Below are positions 24,481 through 45,853 of a stretch of 64,000 nucleotides of DNA, piece after piece; position 1 is the first letter of the stretch; each line of letters starts with the position of its first letter. The stretch comes from Ylistrum balloti (taxonomy: Eukaryota). The DNA lies in the NCBI RefSeq assembly GCF_031769215.1, contig NW_026781911.1, positions 558,001-622,000 on the forward strand. The letters are read 5' to 3'. Under the pieces are notes generated by a model, which saw nothing but the letters and a program-made list of their open reading frames with translations, searched no databases and was not told where the DNA came from. Made by a program: the position numbers and the translations under genes.

Positions 24481-26549
24481 ATGTCTGGATGTGACAACTT
24501 CGGACCAGGCAGTCCAGACTCCTGGCTGTCTGAGCGCGACAGTGTGGATTACAATGTCTTCTACAATAGCATGGACTCCATGGTGTTCCATAATGATGTG
24601 CATAGTTCACAGTTCCTGAAGGAAATGAAGGTGCTTTATGATGACGGCCTGTTGACAGATGTGACCCTGAGTGTGGATGGACACAAACTGCCTGCTCATC
24701 GTGTGGTACTGGCAGCTGCAAGCCCCTACTTCAAAGCCATGTTTACACTGGATCTGAATGAGAGTAGGCAAGATGTAGTGGAGCTGTTTGAGGTGGACTT
24801 TGAATCAGTGAGCCAGGTTGTGACTTACGCTTACACAGGGACTCTGGAAATTTGTCAAGAGAATGTTCAGAATTTGCTGGCAGCAGCTTCATTATTTCAG
24901 ATCATTCCAGTTCAAAAGGCCTGTGCAAGATTTTTGGAAACCCAGCTTGACAATAATAATTGTGTTGGCATATACTGCTTTGCCCAGGCTCATAGCTGTC
25001 TTTCACTGCAAGTTAAAGCAAGGGAACATATCGAAAAAAACTTTATGGATGTTTACCAGTGTGAGGAATTCTTACGACTTCCTGTGGATAAAGTTAAGGA
25101 AATTGTTGGCAGTGATGAACTAAACGTTGACAAAGAGGACATTGTCTTTGAAGCTGTATTAGCTTGGGTTGGAGCACAGGATGGGCGAACTGGTTTTCTT
25201 GGACAGTTGATGACACAGGTTCGATTTGGTCTCATTTCTTTACGATTCATGCAAGAAAGGGTGATGAAAAGCAATTCAATGCTTAGTGACCAGAGTTGTG
25301 TATCTCTTCTACAAGATCTGAAGGAGTTTGAAAGTAATCCTCATTCCTATCAGGGACAGAGCACCTTTAGCTTGTCTTTGCGTTCTGGTATGATTAAACC
25401 TGAGCACTGTATGTTACTACTGGGAGGAACAGAGAACCGTCGACCTTACATTAATTGTTACAACCCTTTAACAAGAGAGGCCTTTTTTATGAATGATTTC
25501 CCTGTTTCTCGAAGATATGGTGATTTTGATGTGGAAAGTCTGGCTGGTGTTGTTACTGACAAAAACACCTTGTTTGCTGGAGGTGGAAACTATATTTATC
25601 ATTCTGACAGTGGTGAGCACTTTGACTCCGATGATTCCTTAGATGAATTTGAAGAAAGGGTTGTAAGTAAAGATTTCTATCGCTATGACAACGATCACAA
25701 CAAGTGGATGGCCTTGTCTCCAATGTTATTTCCCAAATCAAACTTTTCTCTGGCTTCTTTAGGTGGAAAAATATATTGTTTTGGGGGTCTGACAGAGAAT
25801 CAGCATCCTACTGAAATCATTGAGGTGTATGACATTGACAAGAATCGATGGAGTTATCAAGGCATGCTCCCTACCTCACTGGTAGATCTGGCCTGTGTTG
25901 TTCATGAGGAGCACATATTCCTACTAGGGGGACGTACAGGTGTTGGTGCACATAACTTAGTTGTCATGTACCACCCTGTCAAAGGCCAGTGGATCACAAG
26001 GGCTGGAATGCTCACTCCCAGGTTTAATTTCGGTGCATGCATTGTTGATGATGAGATCTATATTGCTGGCGGTCAGATCTATTCCCAAAGTTCTCACACT
26101 ATTAACAGACAAGCTCTCAAGTCTGTTGAGATATTTAGTGTGGCAAACAATCAGTGGCNNNNNNNNNNNNNNNNNNNNNNNNNNNNNNNNNNNNNNNNNN
26201 NNNNNNNNNNNNNNNNNNNNNNNNNNNNNNNNNNNNNNNNNNNNNNNNNNNNNNNNNNNNNNNNNNNNNNNNNNNNNNNNNNNNNNNNNNNNNNNNNNNN
26301 NNNNNNNNNNNNNNNNNNNNNNTGGGGCTTGCTGTTGTAAATATGGCATTGTATGCATGTGGTATGACAGAAAGTGCACGGCTTACACACCCAACATATC
26401 GCAACATTGTGTGTCGGCTCGACTTTAGCCGTGGTCAGTGGGACATTATAGAACAAACCCTTTGTGATACCAGGAACTACAATTGTATTGCAGCCAAGCT
26501 CCATACTAGGAAGCTGTCACAGGTGTTCCGTCCTGAGGTAGATACATAG
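24481..26549 (+). CDS. BTB-BACK-Kelch protein (KLHL/KBTBD family), CDS interrupted by an assembly gap
   Basis: BTB: LTDVTLSVDGHKLPAHRVVLAAASPYFKAMF. BACK: NCVGIYCFAQAH...EEFLRLP...EDIVFEAVLAWV. Kelch repeats with GG..W (IYCFGG, IFLLGG, IYIAGG). After the gap the frame resumes as GLAVVNMALYACG...W and ends at TAG 26547-26549. Confidence 0.9.
26159..26322. other. Assembly gap (164 N)
   Basis: Run of N inside the Kelch CDS; the reading frames on the two sides are offset, so the gap length is not exact or the gap hides an intron. Confidence 0.99.
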
Positions 26550-28599
26550 CCAGGTTTTAATCATCAATTACATTAGTTTGATACTAAACCTGTAGGTTAC
26601 TCCCAGGATTCTGGTGAAATTCTTTGGGTGGCAAAGAAAAAATATACCACAACAAACATCTGTAGTAACAGAAGGCTGATATAACAAGCAAAGCTCAAAA
26701 TTGAATTTTGTCTTTAAGTTTTATTTTATATGGAAATTTATATGGAAATAAATAAAATGCAAATTGTATGGACATCCTCTTTCTATGTACCAAATTCAAA
26801 ACATTTCATAACATATTAAAATTGATTCATAAACTTCTTTTTTGTTTTGTGGTGAAAAACTTTTAAGTACTAAATAGCATCAGCCAATCAGCTCTGCAAA
26901 ATAGTTAAGTTTTGACCCCACCATTTCTTTTTGAGTTAAAACTGATCGAATAAATGAAATGTTATGATCATAAATCATGACTATTCAAGAAATTTCCAGA
27001 TAATTTCTGTAACCATGTAGTACCATTGTGATTGTGTAGACATGTGGTAATCACTACATATTAAAGATGTAAGAGATATTGTAACAGTGGTCATCATTTG
27101 ATAGCAATGAAACCCATAACCTCTGGCTTATGCTCCACTGATGAAGAAACGATCTCTCTAGCTTAGAAGTATATTATGGCTAATATTTACAAGGGTTGTT
27201 CCTTTGATACAGGGTCCTGAATACTTCACTATTCCTGTGTAGATTGGACCAGAACTTAATTGTCCTCCACACTCATCAAATAACTGACAGTACTGAATTA
27301 CCTTTATATGATAAAGGTTTGTATGTAGCAGAATTTGGTTATGGTAAATCCTGTTATATTAAGATCTACACGTTTGTGTCTCCTCTAATCAGCCCGAGTC
27401 ATAAGGGACCATAATCTGAGATATGAATGCAGTGTCTCTATTGATACATTTTTGTAGGATGAAATATACTTTGTATACTGTACAACAGTTGTGTAACATT
27501 CACTTAAATTTCAATTTATGGCTGCTCTTTGCTGTAAATAAAAACAGTGCTATAAGATACTTTATTTATCATACTTCTGCACATACAGAGATCATATCCT
27601 TGAGAGATATTTTTGTTGTCATATACATGAGGAATATGAATTTCACTTTTATATATCATACAGGGTAAAGATGAGGACTAGAGACAATACTTGAAAACAA
27701 TACAGTTTTGAAACTATGCCTATCATATGAGATATTTTGTTTTTCTGTATACAAATGTATGAAATATTTTTGAGTGAACATAGATCTGGAAATGTTAAAG
27801 ATATGGATTTTCCTACATAGACCTAACTAACTACCCAAACTGAAATTTAGGACTTTAGATAATTGATCACAGAAGTGTTTATTATTTTTTTTGTATAAAC
27901 TGTCAGTGAAGTTTAGAATGATGAAGGAAAAAAAGCAATGAATATGGCCAGACAAGTTTGTGAAATGCCTGATTCACTGTTGAATAGAAAGCAGGAGATA
28001 GCTGGAAATCTTTTATCATGAAGTTAGATTGTATATATTTAAGAATTTAAGACATATTGAACACCAAAGCATGTTGAGTATGAAAGTTGTCTGTTGTCAC
28101 TAATATTTGTTTTTAATTTATGGTTAATCAACTTTTATGTATTTGTATATTTGTACCTACTTACAATATGAGTGATGTTTTTTTACAATCCTTTGTATCA
28201 CCCAGAGGCATGTAAACTAATGTTGTATAAAGTTTTATATGTAAAATTGACATGATTATGTAACAACCAAGGGATAAGATGTATTTTTTTATCAAAAATA
28301 TATATTGTGTATACTCAAAGCACTCTTGTTTTTTAAAAATATATAATGTAGAGTTATTGAATAGGTTCTCTTTTCAAAAAAAAGAACAATTATCAATGCC
28401 ATATTATGTTTTGTCCTTGGCTCTAAATATTTGTTACTGTATGTAAAACACATTCCACAAACATGTCTCATATATGAAAAAATAAAACATTTTGATTTAC
28501 ATACATTTGTTTCTTGTCAATCTTTTAAGAACTATGTTGATTTATAAATTGTTAATCATCTGTCAGTATTTACATTTCTTATGTCGGTATAGATGTTCA

Positions 28600-28965
28600 T
28601 CCTTTTGCAAGTATTGATGTTATTCTTGAGCTCCTGGCTAAAATCATTCTTGAGCTCCCTGCTACTGCTGAACTTATTCTCGAGCTCCCTGCCTGTAGTG
28701 ATGTTGTTCCTGAGGTCCCTACCTGTATTGATGTTATTCTCAAGCTCCCTACCAGTAATGAAGTTTTTCTTTAGCTCCCGACTGATGTCATTCTTGAGCT
28801 CCCTGCCAGTGCTGAACTTGTTCTCAAGCTCCCTGCCTGCAGTGATGTTATTCTTGAACTCCTTACGGTATTGATGCTACTGCTGAGCTCCCTACCAGTA
28901 TTGCTGTTGTCAAGTTCCCTGCCTGTGATATTGTTCTTGAGCCCCCTACCAGTATTGATGTCATT
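28600..28965. repeat. Diverged ~33-39-bp tandem repeat with codon-like periodicity
   Basis: Recurrent TTCTTGAGCTCCC..CCAGT/GTA; the minus strand reads TGRELENN-like peptides with a frameshift near 28865. Confidence 0.75.
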
Positions 28966-31951
28966 CACTCTCTCAGAATATATATTCTTCTCTCAGCCAG
29001 AACTTATTATTCTTTCTGTCAGTATTTATAAGCTCCAAATTGTGCAACATGTTTGAGAGAGGACAGCTAATGCTTTGATCTGTCCTCTTTCAATCCTACT
29101 GTGAAACATGGAAATCTTACACAGATGAAAAGTGTGGATATACATGTCAAGGATAAAAAAGTAATGGATGACATTTCAATCATGTTTTGATTATTCTCTC
29201 TAATGTAGATGTATTTGTTCTATTCAAAATGTTTCCCCTTTATCCTATCTACTCTAGCTAGATAGCTACTGGGTGCTTCCCAACACACAAACAAGGTAAA
29301 GGAGGTGAGAGGGACTATAGCTTCTGTCCCAATGTTAATCTGTCACTGTATCTGTGAGTCTGTCAGCCCTTGAGCTGCTTCATTCCTTCAAAATTCTCAT
29401 CAAACTTCACACACTTATTTAGCACAAAAAACATCTTGTAAAAGCTCAAGTTTCAAGGTTGTAGGGTCAAGGTCTCTGTTACTATTTTTACAAGATTTTT
29501 GTCAGCACTCTAGCGGCTTCATTCCTTATAGGATTTTGACTAGAGATCAAGGTCACTTGTAATTAAGCAAATCATTGGCAGCACTCTAATGGCTACATTC
29601 CTTGTGGTATTTTCATAAAATTTGGGTTTCAGATTTGTTGAGTCAAGGTTACTTGTCATCACTAGAAAATCATTTACTTCTTCTGGGATTGTCACCAAAC
29701 ATCTCGCACTTTTAAAAGTACTAAAATACTCAAACAAGTCTGAGTTTCATCAAACGTCTATCTTTACAAATAATTACAGTGTAATAGCTTGTAAGGGGTT
29801 GGTAAGGGACAACTGTACTGTTTTAGCAATACACAGTATGATTGTCCTATCTAAACAGCTATAGGGTATTTTACTTTTATTCTAGCTACAAAACAACAGG
29901 ATACTTTTCAAATATGGAAGTTTCCAACCTCCACAAGCAAGGGCTGTCAGAGACACCTATGTTCCTCAAATGGAATCAAATTTAAGAAGTGAAAATAACA
30001 TGGGTATTAACTCATAAATTACCCTGGTATGTAGAAAAGAGTGATGGTTCTTGTACACTACACTTCTCCTTGTTGAGATATATCTATGATATATATATAG
30101 TTTATGTTGATACTGACATCTCACATAGTTTTTATGTAATGCTCCAGACAAATTCAGATGGACAAAGCAGTGACTATGTGCTCTCCCTTCGGTAACTCTA
30201 TTACAAATTTACATCTAATGCTCATACAGTAAAAACAAGACAAAAGTATTGATGTCTGTCCCAAACTTTATACATGTACCATGTAATATTAATAGTATTG
30301 TACAAAAATAATGTCATACATAATTATGTACACATTTATTTTCATTATAATAACTGACAAAAACAATATTTGATGGCAACAAATTGTATTCATATATATG
30401 TAATACATACATTCATAATATGTACTATTTGTCCATCAGTAACTAGATGTAATACATCATTCGCATATCAATGTATGATAAATGATACATAATTATTTTC
30501 TTAAAAAAAGTTCTTGTGTACAGGTATCATATAACATCTTATACTATGTACATCATATATGTCATATAAATAACATGCCAAATTCATTTCATAGTTATTT
30601 GCAATACTAATGTATGTAATTATTTAACCACTAATCTGCGAGTCTGGAAAGACAAGAATAGCAACATCCAAGATGGCAGCTAATGAAGAAGTGGAAGGAT
30701 AAGAATGGTAACATTACATATATGTAATAGCAAAAGTTAATGACAGTATTTAAGTGATACGATCTTGTTTTTGAACTAATTAGAATAATTAAAACATTGT
30801 TTTTCATGTTTTAGTGATTTCCATAACTTAAGATGTTGTATTTTTGAATCAGTGCACCATTATTGATATTGTGTAAATATAAGGAGCCCATAGCCAACTA
30901 ACACCTGTCAGTAGAACCATTAATACACCAGAATTATTCACCCTTTTTCTGACACCAAGCCTGGGAATAAGAAGCTTTACATGTGGTTGTTTCGTACAAA
31001 ATTATTTTAAAACTACAATATGTTTGAAATTTTATAGCACACTGCCCCTGCAAGAACTGTTTTATTTATTTGACACAGGGACAATCTAGAACCAAATTTC
31101 AATTTCTAGATTAATTTACACACAGTTTGATTATTTTAAAAGCTACCTATCATTAAATACAAACGAATCTTTATACAGAAAGGCTCTTATTCTCTACACA
31201 CATCATTCACACAGTCAAACTTTAAACTACATGCACTTATATATTTGTAAGCACATCATGCAGTCGTGAATCTAAACAGTACCTATACATACAATGTAAT
31301 TTAATGTAATATGCACATCATTTATGTTTTTCTACTAAGTACGCTTGCAAACTTGATATCACAGATATTTGCAGAACTCACCACCTCCCATAAATTCAGT
31401 TATTCTGACCAGTATATTGGAACAAGAAACATTATGTTTATCTGTTAAGCAGTTGATCTGTTTAGCATTTGGAACAAGACCAAATATGTTGAATTAGTGA
31501 CAAGTTTAAATCTGGTGATCTAGTTAATCCTTCAGGAGGTGTTTGGGGAAAGTTTTTCTACACCAAAATTACTTTCATGATGTAGTACATGAACTTAGCC
31601 CTCAACATTTCCTTCTTGCATGGTTTTTTCTACATCATTAGGATCATCCCATGATATCAGGTAAAAATATTAGGTACATGTAACAATTTTAGAGTAACAC
31701 ACAGTGTGACGCGTTTGGTCAAATACATACAATGTAACCAGATAATATCAACATATTATAACTTATCACCATCATATCATTCTGACATGAGATTTTGATA
31801 GTCGTTAATAGTTTTATCACACATCTTATGGTGACCTTGGACCTGCCTCAGTGTCACACTAATTTTATGCCGGGAATCATGTTCTCCATATTTTTAGTTC
31901 CTATTTGTTTCAAACAAGGAGGAAACAACAACTCTGATCCTGATGAAAGGT

Positions 31952-40477
<8,526 letters not shown>

Positions 40478-41229
40478 TTTAGCTAGCATTCAATTGAGAG
40501 AGACACTTTCGTATAAAGTGAGGGGAGGAGGCACCAGATATGCATATTATATGTTCCTCTTAAAATTCTATTTAATTATGAATTTATATAATTTAGACAT
40601 CTTCATGTGAAAATTTCATTTTTTTCTCTGATTCGAAGATTTACCTTTTTTGGAAAAATATCTGTTAGATGACGTCTTCATTTATGGGGTTGAAGCGAAA
40701 TTATCCTTCAAAAGGCAGAGGCCGGTGCATGCAAACGCGTTGGCCTTACCCGGCGGGTATACAGCAGTCTTACCTGATAACTTTACTAAAACCTGACCAA
40801 TTGAGGAAATAGAGATTGAAGAAATGTTGATGAAAACAAGCATCCATGAACCACAGTGGGTCAGGCACCCTTCAAATCTCAACCCACAAGCAGTAGGCGG
40901 AACCATACACAACATCTTCAGATTAAGGTACGTTGACTGGCCACTCCAAGAGAAGAGGCGGATTTACCACTGCACCAGCCCCAGACTCTTTTCTGATCAT
41001 CTTGGTGAAAAACAAGAGAATAGGAAACTCCATTCCCTTGTCACTGTTTTTGGAAAATAAACGTGTTATAACTAACATGTCTGTAATGTATTTGTTCTTA
41101 TAATATTGATCGATATGTGACATTTCGTGATGTTTATGGTAAAATCTATAATTTCAGTATTGAAAACTTGTTATTGATATGGTATTCAATCTATTGTCCG
41201 ATACGATAAAACAAACACAAGTGTATGTT

Positions 41230-41550
41230 TATTACATAACACGTGTTAAAGTGTACCACAAAAATGTATTTAAGTGTATCACACTATAACATGTATTTAA
41301 GTGTATCACAAAACATATTTAAGTGTATCACAAAACATATATTTAAGTGTACCATACAACATCTCTTTAATTGTACCATATAACATGTTTAAGTGTACCA
41401 CAAAACATGTATTTAAGTGTACCACATAACATGTATTTAAGTGTATCACAAAACATGTATTTAAGTGTACCACAAAACATGTATTTAAGTGTACCACAAG
41501 ACATGTATTTAAGTGTACTACATAAGATATATTTCAGTGCATCACTTAAC
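41230..41550. repeat. 24-bp minisatellite, about 12 copies
   Basis: Unit GTACCACAAAACATGTATTTAAGT. Confidence 0.93.
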
Positions 41551-42452
41551 ATGTTAATTCATATGCTTCAACTGCAGTCTGTTTTAACGACTCTCCGGAC
41601 GAAATGGTCTTTTTCCAAATTGCTTATTTTCATGGGAAAATGACTGATAATGACAAGATCGGGTTTATATCTTGTGTGCATTCCCCGATTTATCAAACTT
41701 TGAGTTACCCAGAAAAAAGTAATAACAATCGAACGTTGTTCAAAATAGTATTTGCCTTCTCTGAGTAAACTTGTAAACTAATATATGTCCGTGTTCCGCT
41801 CCGTTAATAATGACCATCACTGCAAACAATCATCGTTTATCTATCAATATCATTAGTGATTAAATCAATACAAAGTCATATAGACAGAAAATGTACACTG
41901 CGTTTACAGAAACTACAGTACATGAACGGCATTCCATCCAGCACAACTGGCCAACAGTTAATCGGTATCACCAGACAAAAGGCTTGTGAAAATGCTGTTA
42001 AAACAACTATCGATATTGAAGAGGTCTGTGAAAAAGTGCCAATGATTTTCAGTATTGAAAAGGTCTGCGAATATAGTATCAAAATTAGCAATATTGAAAG
42101 GATCTGTTGAAATAGTATAAACAATTAACTTCAAAAACTAAAACCACTGGAGATATGAAGACTTGTCAAACTTCCAGTGACTGCATGGATATATAAAAAA
42201 TGTTGGTAAGTTTACCAATGTGTTATTGTCTACAGGAAATTATTACTAATTTCCAATAAATCTTTTTAACCTTTGGAAATGTGTGACATTTCATATTCTT
42301 CAAATATGATCGTGAATCTGGTACTTGAACGTCTTTGTTTTTATCACCATGTTATAAAAAAAAATTGCATGTTCTTTCAGATCGCTTCTTAATTTGAAAG
42401 CAGGTCTACCGTAAAAGTCTTTGAATACCTGCAGACTCTGTCTCAGGCTGTC

Positions 42453-43790
42453 ATGATGGCAAATGACACCACAAGAATCGCCGCCAGTACATTACTGTGG
42501 TTTGCCAATGAAAAAGAGGTAGAAATCTACATACCAGCGATATTCTTTGCCAGTTCCATGATGATTCTCGGGCTGGTGGGCAATGGATTTGTGTTCTATG
42601 TGTACGGATACCGATTCAAGAAGACGTGTGCCAGTGTTTACATATACTGGTTGTCTGTGTTTGACCTAGTGTGTTGTACGGTTTGCATTCCGTTCGAGAT
42701 ATTTGAGATCCGTTTTCCCTTTTTGTACGAAGATATCATCTCGTGCAAGTTCTTCAGTACGGTAGCCACGGTGGCATACGTGTCGCAGTGTCTCCTGTTG
42801 TTATGTATATCCCGAGATCGGTACTATAAAATCTGTCATCCTTTGAAGACCTTTGCTGTTCGTTCTCCACACAAAAACATCTTCTACACATTCATTCTTG
42901 CACTCTTTATCTCGTGGCCGACCTCCTTCCTCTACGGTACCAAGACGATCGAAATGGCCATACCAGGGATCGTGACAACAACCTGTTCCATCGACGACTC
43001 ACGCAATCAGTTACTTATTAAATTATATTATGGTTTTTATGCTGTTATCGTCATTGGGAGTTTCTTCTTTCTAGTGTTCGTCTATACACGCATTATCCGT
43101 GTCGTCTATAATCGATCTAGAAATAACATCGGGGAGGCCATGAAAGTTAAGTTTGCAAAGAAGAACGTAAGGTCTTACGACCTTCAGTCCAAAGCTAACC
43201 AAAATACTCGTGATGTATTTGTATTAAAGTGTTCGGAGCGGTTCTCACAACACGTTGAAAACGAGCACTTATCGGAAACCAAATATTCAAAATGCTTAGA
43301 TGATAATGAATTAAAAAGGAAAAGCAGAAATACGTTAAATATTTCAAATGATTTTATGACGCCGACCGAACAAGTTCCACAAGCGAATATCGAACAGATA
43401 AAAGAATTAGATATCAAAAGACGGTTTCAAATCTCAAAAACTGCCATTATATTCATAGCAGTGACGGTCAGTTTTATGTTCAGCTATATTCCGTATCTTG
43501 TCATTGAGATTATCCTCAAATATAGCGAAATGGACTTCCGGAAGCAGAACATCCATGTACAACAGCTGATAGAAGTGGCGTCGAAGTCTTTCTGCCTAAA
43601 CAACGCTACCAATCCTATAATATATAGCATCTTTAATAGAAACTTCCGCCGTGAATGTTGTCGTCTCTTCTCCCGCCAAGTGGGACCAGTTCGTAATATG
43701 CTTTCTTTACCAAGAGTCCCAGTAAGTAACATTGGACGTGTATCGACATCAAACGACAGTGATGTCAGAGAAGTGAAGCTTGGACAATAA
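42453..43790 (+). CDS. Intronless rhodopsin-like (class A) GPCR, cholecystokinin-receptor-like orphan, copy 1 (445 aa)
   Basis: Seven hydrophobic segments; TM1 GLVGNGFV, TM2 SVFDLVCC..PF, ECL1/TM3 Cys (ISCK), TM3 ISRDRYYKICHP, ECL2 Cys (TTCS), TM6 FSYIPY, TM7 NNATNPIIY. Confidence 0.93.
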   Translation: MMANDTTRIAASTLLWFANEKEVEIYIPAIFFASSMMILGLVGNGFVFYVYGYRFKKTCASVYIYWLSVFDLVCCTVCIPFEIFEIRFPFLYEDIISCKFFSTVATVAYVSQCLLLLCISRDRYYKICHPLKTFAVRSPHKNIFYTFILALFISWPTSFLYGTKTIEMAIPGIVTTTCSIDDSRNQLLIKLYYGFYAVIVIGSFFFLVFVYTRIIRVVYNRSRNNIGEAMKVKFAKKNVRSYDLQSKANQNTRDVFVLKCSERFSQHVENEHLSETKYSKCLDDNELKRKSRNTLNISNDFMTPTEQVPQANIEQIKELDIKRRFQISKTAIIFIAVTVSFMFSYIPYLVIEIILKYSEMDFRKQNIHVQQLIEVASKSFCLNNATNPIIYSIFNRNFRRECCRLFSRQVGPVRNMLSLPRVPVSNIGRVSTSNDSDVREVKLGQ

Positions 43791-44506
43791 AATTGCAGTG
43801 CGCTGGTTACGTTATTCAATAAGGACGTGACTTTTCAGAAGGATAACATCACTGCAAACAATCATCGTTTATCTGTCGGTATCATTAGTGATTAAACCCA
43901 TTAACTAAAACAAAGTCATATCGACAGAAAATGTACACTGTGTTTACAGAAACTACAGTACATGAACGGCATTCCATCCATCACAACTGGCCAACAGTTA
44001 ATCGGTATCACCAGAGAAAAAAGGCTTGTGAAAATGCTGTTAAAACAACTATCGGTATTGAAGAGGTCTGTGAAAAAGTGCCAATGATTTTCAGTATTGA
44101 AAAGGTCTGCGAATATAGTATCAAAATCAGCAATATTGAAAGGATCTGTTGAAATAATATAAACAATTAACATCTTCAAAAACTAAAACCACCGGAGATA
44201 TGAAGACTTGTCAAACTTCAAGTGACTTCATGGATATATAAAAAATGTTGGTTAGTTTACCAATGGTGTTATTGTCTACAGGAAATTATCACTAATTTCC
44301 AATAAATCTTTTTAACCTTGGAAAATGTGTGACATTTCGAATTCTTCAAATATGATCGTGAAACTGGTACGTGAACGTCCTGGTTTTTATCACCATGTTA
44401 TACAAAGAAACTTGCATGTTCTTTCAGATCGCTTCTTAATTTGAAAGTACGGCTACCGTAAAAGTCTCTGAATACCTGCAGACCCTGTCTCAGACTGTAA
44501 TGCTTC

Positions 44507-45853
44507 ATGATGACAAATGACACCACAAGAATCGCCACCAGTACGTTACTGTGGCTTGCCAATGAAAAAGAGGTAGAAATCTACATACCAGCGATATTCT
44601 TTGCCAGTTCCATGATGATTCTCGGGCTGGTGGGCAATGGATTTGTGTTCTATGTGTACGGATACCGATTCAAGAAGACGTGTGCCAGTGTTTACATATA
44701 CTGGTTGTCTGTGTTTGACTTAGTGTGTTGTACGGTTTGTATTCCGTTCGAGATATTTGAGATCCGTTTTCCCCTTTTGTACGAAGATATCATCTCGTGT
44801 AAGTTCTTCAGTACGGTAACCACGGTGGCATACGTGTCGCAGTGTCTCCTGTTGTTATGTATATCCCGAGATCGGTACTATAAAATCTGTCATCCTTTGA
44901 AGACCTTTGCTGTTCGTTCTCCACACAAAAACATCTTCTGCACATTCATTCTTGCACTCTTCATCTCGTGGCCGACCTCCTTCCTATACGGTACCAAGAC
45001 GATCGAAATGGCCATACCAGGGATCGTGACAACAACCTGTTCCATCGACGATTCACGCAATCAGTTACTTATTAAATTATATTATGGTTTTTATGCTGTT
45101 ATCGTCATTGGGAGTTTCTTCTTTCTAGTGTTCGTCTATACACGCATTATCCGTGTCGTCTATAATCGATCTAGAAATAACATCGGGGAGGCCATGAAAG
45201 TTAAGTTTGCAAAGAAGAACGTAAGGTCTTACGACCTTCAGTCCAAAGCTAACCAAAATACTCGTGATGTATTTGTATTAAAGTGTTCGGAGCGGTTCTC
45301 ACAACACGTTGAAAACGAGCACTTATCGGAAACCAAATATTCAAAATGCTTAGATAGCATGGATGATAATGAATTGAAAAGGAAAAGCAGAAATACGTTA
45401 AATATTGCAAATGAATGTATGACGCCGACCGAACAAGTTCCACAAGCGAATATCGAACAGATAAAAGATTTAGATATCAAAAGACGGTTCCAAATCTCAA
45501 AAACTGCCATTATATTCATAGCAGTGACGGTCAGTTTTATGTTCAGCTATATTCCGTATCTTGTCATTGAGATTATCCTCAAATATAGCGAAATGGACTT
45601 CCGGAAGCAGAACATCCATGTACAACAGCTGATAGAAGTGGCGTCGAAGTCTTTCTGCCTAAATAACGCTACCAATCCTATAATATATAGCATCTTTAAT
45701 AGAAACTTCCGCCGTGAATGTTGTCGTCTCTTCTCCCGCCAAGTGGGACCAGTTCGTAATATGCTTTCTTTACCAAGAGTCCCAGTAAGTAACATTGGAC
45801 GTGTATCGACATCAAACGACAACGATGTCAGAGAAGTGATGCTTGGACAATAA
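44507..45853 (+). CDS. Intronless rhodopsin-like (class A) GPCR, copy 2 (448 aa)
   Basis: Same motifs as copy 1; differs by 12 amino-acid substitutions and a 3-residue insertion (SMD) in ICL3. Confidence 0.93.
   Translation: MMTNDTTRIATSTLLWLANEKEVEIYIPAIFFASSMMILGLVGNGFVFYVYGYRFKKTCASVYIYWLSVFDLVCCTVCIPFEIFEIRFPLLYEDIISCKFFSTVTTVAYVSQCLLLLCISRDRYYKICHPLKTFAVRSPHKNIFCTFILALFISWPTSFLYGTKTIEMAIPGIVTTTCSIDDSRNQLLIKLYYGFYAVIVIGSFFFLVFVYTRIIRVVYNRSRNNIGEAMKVKFAKKNVRSYDLQSKANQNTRDVFVLKCSERFSQHVENEHLSETKYSKCLDSMDDNELKRKSRNTLNIANECMTPTEQVPQANIEQIKDLDIKRRFQISKTAIIFIAVTVSFMFSYIPYLVIEIILKYSEMDFRKQNIHVQQLIEVASKSFCLNNATNPIIYSIFNRNFRRECCRLFSRQVGPVRNMLSLPRVPVSNIGRVSTSNDNDVREVMLGQ

Noticed and set aside
41856-42110. 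84-aa ORF upstream of GPCR copy 1 with IE(E/K)VCE internal repeats
   Set aside because: The paralogous region in unit 2 has a 2-nt insertion (ACCAGACAAAAGG vs ACCAGAGAAAAAAGG) that changes the frame, which argues against coding constraint; probably intron or UTR.
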